Part shown: positions 57,960-64,000 of the stretch, one piece after another
Numbering within the stretch: position 1 is the stretch's first letter
How the letters are laid out: the number at the start of each line of letters is the position of its first letter
Source of the DNA: Candidatus Nomurabacteria bacterium
GTDB taxonomy: Bacteria > Patescibacteriota > Minisyncoccia > Phycocordibacterales > JACOZG01
NCBI GenBank assembly: GCA_020847275.1
Contig: JADLCI010000007.1
Span: 108,272-172,271 of the forward strand
DNA: 64,000 nt
Direction: 5' to 3'
Position numbers and translations under genes: made by a program
The notes under the pieces: generated by a model
Database searches by the model: none
What the model was told of the DNA's origin: nothing
What the model saw: the letters and a program-made list of their open reading frames with translations, nothing else

Positions 57960-58883
57960 ATGCCGAGAAATAAACTTTTTAGTTTGATTATAGGAATTGG
58001 AGTTTTCATTCTAGTTGCTGGCGGAGGATATTATTATTGGTGGGCCGGAACTCCTCAATACTCGCTCATCCAAATCAAAGGAGCTGTTGATAACAAAGAC
58101 GTTACTACAGCTCTTTCTTATTTCGACACCGACGCTATTTTTGAGAATCTCTGGACAGATATCCAGGCCCAGGTAGCCGAATCAGCAGTTAAAGATTTGA
58201 AAGACAATCCTTTCGGGGCTCTCGGTGCCGCCCTGGGACAAAGCATGTTGAATAATATGAAGCCAGCTATGAAGCAGAAATTCTCGGATAGTCTTAAAGA
58301 GTCTCTGACAAATCCGTCAACAGCGACTAGCAGTATTGCAACGACAATCCAAGGCAAGAGAACTATTAAGGTAAACGGAGACACTGCTATTGTTACCGTC
58401 GAAAATGGTTTAGAGATGAGGATGCTAAAACAAAGTGACCGCCGGTGGAAAATTATTGCTTTGAAAGGATTGCCTAGTATCGATAATCTAATGTCTAAAG
58501 ACACCGCCCAATCATCTGAACCAAGCAATGATTTAAGCAAGAAAGTTAGTCTGGAAATTACTAAGAAGGGATTCTCTGATGAAAATTATCAAACCAAAAA
58601 TACGCTTGTCTTACAGCTCAACAATCTTACTGGCAAAGATATTCAGGGTGTGAAGGGGAGCATTGTTATTAAAGATCTTTTTGGAGATGCGATTAAGCAC
58701 ATCGATATTTCCTATGACGGTGGATTAAAACAGGGAGAGAGCAAACTCTATTCTATTGGCGTCGAATACAATCAATTTATGGAAGAAGATATTAAGTTGC
58801 GTCAAACTGCATTAGAAAAACTGCAATACGATTGGGAACCAAGCACTATTATCTATGAGGACGGGACAAGAGAAAATTCCTAA
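57960..58883 (+). CDS. Hypothetical membrane-anchored (lipoprotein-like) protein
   Basis: N-terminal TM helix and a Ser/Thr-rich extracytoplasmic region. Confidence 0.4.
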   Translation: MPRNKLFSLIIGIGVFILVAGGGYYYWWAGTPQYSLIQIKGAVDNKDVTTALSYFDTDAIFENLWTDIQAQVAESAVKDLKDNPFGALGAALGQSMLNNMKPAMKQKFSDSLKESLTNPSTATSSIATTIQGKRTIKVNGDTAIVTVENGLEMRMLKQSDRRWKIIALKGLPSIDNLMSKDTAQSSEPSNDLSKKVSLEITKKGFSDENYQTKNTLVLQLNNLTGKDIQGVKGSIVIKDLFGDAIKHIDISYDGGLKQGESKLYSIGVEYNQFMEEDIKLRQTALEKLQYDWEPSTIIYEDGTRENS

Positions 58884-58884
58884 T

Positions 58885-59376
58885 ATGTCAAAGAATGGCA
58901 ACGGAAGATCATTCAGCCGAAAATTTGTATCGATAGTTTATTATTTGCCGTCGATCTTTCTCATTATTTTGGGTTTTGTTTTTGCCTCTTCTGGCTCACC
59001 TGGATTAGGAACAGTCGTGTTTGTTGTTGGTGTTTTTTCCTGGCCCCCTCTTGCTAGAGGGGTGAGAAATATAAAATTTCCGTCAATGCCGCGACGGCTG
59101 ACTAACAACGAGAAAAAGGAGCTTCATAGAAATAAAGAAGTCCGCGAAACCAAATGTACCTGTGTGGCTTGTGATAACGTGTGGTTTTACGGAAAATCAG
59201 ACATTCGATTAGAAAATCAAAAGAAGGCCGGGAATCAACTAAAGGTCATGGCCTGTTGTAGTGGTTGTTGGTTACCCGCGATTGCCCTGCCACATCAACG
59301 GGTAATAGATCTTGATAAATGTCCTAAGTGCGGTTCTAAGTCTGTGAAAAAAGAGGAGGTGGTTCATTATGTCTAG
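58885..59376 (+). CDS. Hypothetical membrane protein with a C-terminal Zn-ribbon
   Basis: CTCVAC...CPKCGSK Cys pairs. Two TM helices. Confidence 0.35.
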   Translation: MSKNGNGRSFSRKFVSIVYYLPSIFLIILGFVFASSGSPGLGTVVFVVGVFSWPPLARGVRNIKFPSMPRRLTNNEKKELHRNKEVRETKCTCVACDNVWFYGKSDIRLENQKKAGNQLKVMACCSGCWLPAIALPHQRVIDLDKCPKCGSKSVKKEEVVHYV

Positions 59377-59587
59377 CTTTCTTGTCTATTTAATAATCGT
59401 CTACCAAAACACCCTGTCTCCGTTTCTTTACCATCGTGGAGTAAGATGTCGGTTTTATCCAAGTTGTTCTGAATATGGTATCTTGGCGATAGAAAAATAC
59501 GGGTCTGTCCGAGGCACCATCAAAACATTTAGGAGAATCCATTCCTGTCGTCCCAATAATTTTAGTAGTTGCATTGACTTTCCCTAA
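59369..59587 (+). CDS. yidD: YidD-like membrane protein insertion efficiency factor
   Basis: VYQNTLSPFL...CRFYPSCSEYGILAIEKYG...RIHSCRP matches the YidD/PF01809 pattern. Confidence 0.6.
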   Translation: MSSFLVYLIIVYQNTLSPFLYHRGVRCRFYPSCSEYGILAIEKYGSVRGTIKTFRRIHSCRPNNFSSCIDFP

Positions 59588-59613
59588 TACTACGAAGGCG
59601 CAGAGGACTATCG

Positions 59614-61086
59614 CTAGCCAATCCACGCCGACCCGCCATTGCTGTCGACAAAATCAAGCCAAGCGTTGAATGACCTTTGATTCTCGCTCGTTTCGATAGA
59701 CCCCATGACCGCCATCGCAAAAGCGTCCGCAAGATCATCGTGGTGTTCGACCCCGAACCCAGTTAGTTGGGTAATGAGCGCCTCTGCCCCGCGAGCGGGA
59801 AATTGAATCATTCCGCTTTGGACGTATTGGGAGGTGAGAGCCAGTCTGGTGCGCTTGTCAGTCGTATTCTTGACTGACTCGACCTCAATCCCTTCTATGT
59901 CTAACTGGTCGGCATAAATCTGCTGGAAACCATTGGATTCGACTACCACAGTCGGCGCTACCTCATAGTTAAGGTTTTTTACAACGGCCTTGATTGTCTG
60001 AATCGTTTCCGGATAGGTCATCCGGCGATTCACGACATTGGGCAGAACAAAGAGTTTGAGTTCTCCTTTGTGGCTATAAAGAATAAGGGTAACAATGGCT
60101 GTATAATCGGCGGTTTCTTTCTGTGAAATGGCAAGATCAACACCGACATAGACTCCAACCACTCGCTCTTTCGCTCCTTTCGGCAGCTCAGCGTAATACT
60201 GAATCCATTCGGGGAAAATCACCCGGCTGGAGTCGGAGACGATTCTCAGGAGATATTCCTGTTGCCAAGCGAATTCGTTGGCAACACCCCGCCTGAGGGT
60301 GTCGATTTTTTCTGGCGCATCGAATTTCTCCGGCCAGAGACAGCGGCCTTCTTCATCAAGCAGAGGAAACCAGCGATAGACACCTTTTATGTCCCCGGTA
60401 TCCATCTTCTGCTTCAGGCGCATCATCAGAGAATCTTCATGGAGCAAATTGCCCACTAGAACGACTCGCGTCCCGATATCGCCGAGCGGGATGACCTCGC
60501 GAGTGAACCAATCGAAAACCTTGTTTCGCCCCTCAATGGTTTTGGTGGAATTTAAGTCTTCGACATCATCCAGAATCAGCAGATCGGGACGATGTTCATG
60601 GTGCCGAATGCCACGGATGCTTTGCTCGGCTGAAGCAATCATGATGCGAGCGCCGGTGTTCTGGAAAACCAAAGACGAAATTGCCCAGTCGCCGCCGCCC
60701 GTTTCCTCCCGAAATGGGCCTAAGTCGCTTTTTAACAGCCGGTTATTTTCTAGCTCGAATTTCAGGTTAAGCATCTGTTGGCGAGCCTGAGCCTGAGTGC
60801 GGCAGATAATGAGCACGAATTTCTTCTGCTGTTCGCCCAGAATCGACCATAGGGAATACGACAGAGTAATTAGGGTTGATTTGCCCGAGCCTCGGAAGGC
60901 GACGATACAGGTCAGATTGTTGGAACGGTCTTCGGTCAGTCGGAAAATATCTTTCTGAAATTCGGCAGTCGGATATTTCACATAGTGGGGCAGATAGATG
61001 TGGAAGAACATCAGATGGCTTTGCTTTGCGACCTGTTGTCTGACTAGCCGGTCCCGCGCCAGCGACTCAAAGAGATTAGCTTCCAT
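59614..61086 (-). CDS. Phage terminase large subunit
   Basis: Walker A FRGSGKSTL. Walker B LLILDDVED. C-terminal RNaseH-like nuclease (VGVDLAISQ...D). 490 aa. Confidence 0.75.
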   Translation of the reverse strand: MEANLFESLARDRLVRQQVAKQSHLMFFHIYLPHYVKYPTAEFQKDIFRLTEDRSNNLTCIVAFRGSGKSTLITLSYSLWSILGEQQKKFVLIICRTQAQARQQMLNLKFELENNRLLKSDLGPFREETGGGDWAISSLVFQNTGARIMIASAEQSIRGIRHHEHRPDLLILDDVEDLNSTKTIEGRNKVFDWFTREVIPLGDIGTRVVLVGNLLHEDSLMMRLKQKMDTGDIKGVYRWFPLLDEEGRCLWPEKFDAPEKIDTLRRGVANEFAWQQEYLLRIVSDSSRVIFPEWIQYYAELPKGAKERVVGVYVGVDLAISQKETADYTAIVTLILYSHKGELKLFVLPNVVNRRMTYPETIQTIKAVVKNLNYEVAPTVVVESNGFQQIYADQLDIEGIEVESVKNTTDKRTRLALTSQYVQSGMIQFPARGAEALITQLTGFGVEHHDDLADAFAMAVMGSIETSENQRSFNAWLDFVDSNGGSAWIG

Positions 61087-61468
61087 TTTTTTCTAGGTTA
61101 ATTCTGGCTAGGGCCAACGCTCGGCGAATCAATTCTTTTTGTGGTGAGGACAGTTCCTCGATTACCTCCAGTTTACCGGCCAATTCGAGGCGCGTGCGGT
61201 AGCTGGGATGGTGGTTCTTTAGCCACATATTCACCGCCCGCAGGTCACGATTCTTGATTGCCGCAATCAACTGGCCCTCGGCCATATCGTTCATCAGCAA
61301 CACGCCATCAGTCATGGCCCGATCGACCTCAGCAGAAAATTCAGGATCATCTTTTTTCCACTGATAGAAGCTGGTCCGTCCGACCCCAGTTTGTTTACAG
61401 GCAATCTCCACGATTGGTGTCTTGCGTAATTGTTCAAGCACGGCACTTTTTAGTTTATGCCTTTTCAT
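61076..61468 (-). CDS. HTH protein, terminase small subunit-like
   Basis: N-terminal HTH (PIVEIACKQTGVGRTSFYQWKK). Overlaps the large terminase gene by 11 nt. Confidence 0.5.
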   Translation of the reverse strand: MKRHKLKSAVLEQLRKTPIVEIACKQTGVGRTSFYQWKKDDPEFSAEVDRAMTDGVLLMNDMAEGQLIAAIKNRDLRAVNMWLKNHHPSYRTRLELAGKLEVIEELSSPQKELIRRALALARINLEKNGS

Positions 61469-62819
61469 GGATCAGTTTCGGCTTGAGCCCAGTTAGTTTC
61501 GACCAACGGTGCAGAATGACTTCAGCATAGACCGGTGATTTTTCCATTAGGTAACAGCGCCGCTTCATTTTGGCGGCCGCGATTAGAGTGGAGCCACTGC
61601 CGCCAAACGGCTCCAAGATAAGATCGTCGCGCCTGGTCAGCACCTTGATATACGGAATGAGAATTTCCAGGGGCTTGGTGCCGAAGATGATTCCTTGTCC
61701 GCTAGACTTTTCATCGGCGGCCTTGTAATCAATGAAGTCAGTCGGGCAGATTTTCTTGCCCTTTTCATACCCTTCCCAGTGCGGTTTACCGCTGGTGGCG
61801 AACAGAGCGTTCTCATACTCGGTCTGAAGTAGCTCGTCCGCTTCCGGTTCAGGGTTCTTTAACTTCAGGCCCGGGCTGCTACCAACTAGAGCAATATCCT
61901 GTTTATTGAAGAATTTGTATTTGGCCGCGAACCCTTGAACGCGGTTCGGCAGATGCCAAGTAATGGTGTTGCGGTATTTCCAGTGCTTCTCCAGCTCGTT
62001 CCAGATCGTCCGCAGGTTCTTGGGGTGCTCGAAGACGATAATGGAGAAGTCCGGCTTTTGGACTTTGGCGACGTTGGCCATCCAGCGCTCGGTGAAGTCC
62101 GGCGGCAGGATATCGGTTTCCAGATAGCGCCGGTTCTTCTTGGAACCGAAACCGACTGTCGGTTTGCCGTTCCTGGTCTTGCCTCGCAGATAGTCGAGAA
62201 TATATGGCGGGTCGGTGAAGCACATATCAGCTCGTTCGTTCCCCATCAGCGCTAGCATATCCGCTTCCACCGTGGAGTCACCGCAACGCAATCGGCTACC
62301 GCTCAAGTCGTAAATGTCGCCCTTCTTAACGTTGATTTTCTTGATGTCCAGTTTGGCTAGTTCTTTTTCTAGGTCAAACTGTTCCTCGTTGTCGCCGATC
62401 CCGAAGATGTCATCCAACTCTTCCGAGTCAAAGCCAATGTCAGCCAGCAGCTTCTCGTCAAATTCGGCCAGGAGCGCTAGATCAAACTCACCGGAATTTT
62501 TGTTCAAGCGCAGGTTTAATTCTTTTTCCTTTTCAAGGTCAGGGATATTGACGTAGACTACCGGCACTTCTCTGATATCCATTTGTTTGAGCACTGTGGC
62601 CCGGAAGTTGCCACCGACAATGATTCCCTGGCGACTGGGCGCGGAGTTAACCACCAGTGGGTCAACTACGCCGTAACGAGTAATGCTTTCTTTTAGCTGT
62701 TCGGTCGCTTCCTTTGACCAGCGGCGAGGGTTGATCTCGGGGTGGCGTAGGGAAGCAAGGGGAACATAGTCAATCTGGAGATTCTCTGACGGAACCTTAG
62801 ATTTAATTGTTTTATTCAT
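61455..62819 (-). CDS. ParB-like nuclease domain fused to a beta-class amino (N6-A/N4-C) DNA methyltransferase; phage-type orphan MTase
   Basis: ParB N-terminal motif (GIIVGGNFRA). Motif IV DPPY (CFTDPPYILDY) precedes motif I (LEPFGGSGST). Confidence 0.7.
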   Translation of the reverse strand: MNKTIKSKVPSENLQIDYVPLASLRHPEINPRRWSKEATEQLKESITRYGVVDPLVVNSAPSRQGIIVGGNFRATVLKQMDIREVPVVYVNIPDLEKEKELNLRLNKNSGEFDLALLAEFDEKLLADIGFDSEELDDIFGIGDNEEQFDLEKELAKLDIKKINVKKGDIYDLSGSRLRCGDSTVEADMLALMGNERADMCFTDPPYILDYLRGKTRNGKPTVGFGSKKNRRYLETDILPPDFTERWMANVAKVQKPDFSIIVFEHPKNLRTIWNELEKHWKYRNTITWHLPNRVQGFAAKYKFFNKQDIALVGSSPGLKLKNPEPEADELLQTEYENALFATSGKPHWEGYEKGKKICPTDFIDYKAADEKSSGQGIIFGTKPLEILIPYIKVLTRRDDLILEPFGGSGSTLIAAAKMKRRCYLMEKSPVYAEVILHRWSKLTGLKPKLIHEKA

Positions 62820-62849
62820 TTTATTAACTTAATTGACTAATAAATGGAC

Positions 62850-62907
62850 GCAAAAACGCCCGGACATAAGCTCGTGCTGTTTTGGCACAAACGTATGTCC
62901 GGGCGTT
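62850..62907 (-). terminator. Hairpin terminator on the minus strand
   Basis: Perfect 14-bp inverted repeat aacgcccggacata / tatgtccgggcgtt. Reads as hairpin + TTTTTG on the minus strand. Confidence 0.5.
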
Positions 62908-62948
62908 CCGAACGATGCTCTATCTAATTTTCAACCAACGATTCTATT

Positions 62949-63254
62949 TTACACCCCCGAATCTTTGTTAGCAAGCACCTTGACGCTATCTCTAATCGAC
63001 AATGATTCCCGAAACTTTAGGTGGGCAAAGCCCCGTCCGCAAACTGGGCATTTGACCCTAATCATGTCGCCGAAATCAACATTGATTTTGACTGGCTTGC
63101 CGTTGTGGAATCTCATTATTTGGTAACTGCCGTCTTCCATTTTGCGCGCTAACGGGATACCACAGTTACAAACGAAGAGTCCACCTGGTTTGACAAAGCC
63201 GGTTGTTGGGGAAAGTGGCATGGCCGTTTTATTTTTTATCCTTAACCCACTCAA
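62949..63254 (-). CDS. Small Zn-ribbon protein (phage-associated, hypothetical)
   Basis: CNC...CPVCGRG Cys pairs. 101 aa. Confidence 0.4.
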   Translation of the reverse strand: MSGLRIKNKTAMPLSPTTGFVKPGGLFVCNCGIPLARKMEDGSYQIMRFHNGKPVKINVDFGDMIRVKCPVCGRGFAHLKFRESLSIRDSVKVLANKDSGV

Positions 63255-63394
63255 CTTTGCCGGGGTGATTCTCGGCGTAGCGCCGCGTGGTGATTTCTCC
63301 TGTGTCGACGTGGTGCGGCTTTTCCTTAGTCCAGTTATGATTTTTCTTGCCCATAATTAATGTTTTAATTAGTTATTAATTTTCTTACCTAATC

Positions 63395-63703
63395 TTACTT
63401 ACCGACCTTATTATACTTCGGCTGGTACTTTTTTATTTCCTCCGCCTCGTGCCGTTCGGCTTCCGCCACAGTATCACAGCGGTGATAACCAAAGTGGGTA
63501 GCGTCCGGCCAGTAGTCATCACGAAGATGATCTAGTAACCGAACCCGTATTCCGCCATCGCTCGTTCCCTTGCCGATGTACAGAATGGTCAGTTTCCCGT
63601 CAGTCGTCAACATACCACAGTAATAAACGCCAATCGCACTTGAGTCCCACCCCTCGACCACCTTGGCTGTATAATGGTAGGGATACTTAAATGGGTAAAC
63701 CAT
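63395..63703 (-). CDS. GIY-YIG domain protein (homing-endonuclease-like, minimal)
   Basis: GVYYCG...LYIGKG GIY-YIG motifs. Conserved Arg/Glu downstream (RLLDH, EAERHEAEE). Confidence 0.55.
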   Translation of the reverse strand: MVYPFKYPYHYTAKVVEGWDSSAIGVYYCGMLTTDGKLTILYIGKGTSDGGIRVRLLDHLRDDYWPDATHFGYHRCDTVAEAERHEAEEIKKYQPKYNKVGK

Positions 63704-63836
63704 AATTTGCTATACTTAACTAGTAATCACTGATCTGCGGTGACAATCGCTCGACCCCCAGTTGCCATTCCGCTAACCCAAGTATAGCAATATGATAATG
63801 CTTGTCAAATCATTACGAAAAGTGTAAGCTATCAGT

Positions 63837-64000
63837 ATGAAAAACGACCAAAATAAGCCATTTTTTATAGGTGGCCGTATTCGGGAGGCGCGAGAGGCTG
63901 TGGATATCTCACAACTGGACCTGGCCAAAGCCTTGGGGTACGAGTCTGCCACAGCCATATCACTGATTGAAAGTGGAGCGCGAAACCTTCGAGCGGAGGA
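63837..64000 (+). CDS. XRE-family HTH transcriptional regulator (phage repressor-like), 3'-truncated by the window
   Basis: LDLAKALGYESATAISLIESG helix-turn-helix. Upstream TTGTCA...TAAGCT promoter-like hexamers. Confidence 0.55.
   Translation, partial: MKNDQNKPFFIGGRIREAREAVDISQLDLAKALGYESATAISLIESGARNLRAE

Overview
The window reads as a compact bacterial chromosome segment with a host backbone of about 47-50% GC, short intergenic spacers and many overlapping genes; a CPR/Patescibacteria-like small genome is an inference only. No rRNA genes or CRISPR arrays are present.

Host backbone, in order:
- 1-1688: the 3' part of a repeat-rich surface protein ending in a peptidoglycan-binding domain.
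- 1706-2395: a comF-like gene divergent from the pilus cluster.
- 2435-14429: a complete type IV pilus / competence-pilus cluster: pilM, pilN, pilO, pilB, a CheY-like receiver, pilT, pilC, three pilins, the prepilin peptidase pilD, and four minor pilins.
- 14436-18816: ligA, an unannotated 58-aa membrane protein on the minus strand, gatC-gatA and a hypothetical membrane protein.
- 18862-19756: a tRNA cluster (two CAU tRNAs, Asp, Thr, Thr) that carries an AT-rich minimal SET-domain (vSET-like) gene.
- 19768-29595: a short RF2, ftsE/ftsX, an ABC ATPase/permease pair, tRNA-Gln, and assorted metabolic and membrane genes.
- 29632-32394: a UvrD-like helicase fused to a Cas4-like nuclease.
- 32563-33165: a GC-rich, foreign-looking 200-aa gene.
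- 33227-44417: an MFS transporter, RNase J, an oligopeptide-binding protein, secG, groES/groEL, a large beta-helix surface protein, and lemA-htpX.

The last ~20 kb is accessory DNA:
- 44438-46530: tRNA-Ser followed by a degenerate MetRS-like pseudo-synthetase plus an MNT-fold nucleotidyltransferase cassette with a strong terminator.
- 46543-48599: an alpha/beta hydrolase and a large serine recombinase.
- 48709-57133: a codon-shifted type I R-M operon, hsdM (with an N-terminal HTH fusion), hsdS and hsdR, interrupted by two extra genes: a 268-aa unknown and a Shedu/DUF4263-like PD-(D/E)xK nuclease. A YgjP-like peptidase follows.
- 57770-57915: a candidate structured RNA.
- 59614-64000: a phage-like block on the minus strand: terminase large and small subunits, a ParB-nuclease/DNA-methyltransferase fusion, a Zn-ribbon protein, a GIY-YIG protein and an XRE-family regulator.

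The main candidates for something novel are the RM-embedded nuclease pair, the pseudo-aaRS + nucleotidyltransferase cassette, and the vSET-like gene. All functional assignments are motif-level inferences from the translated ORFs.
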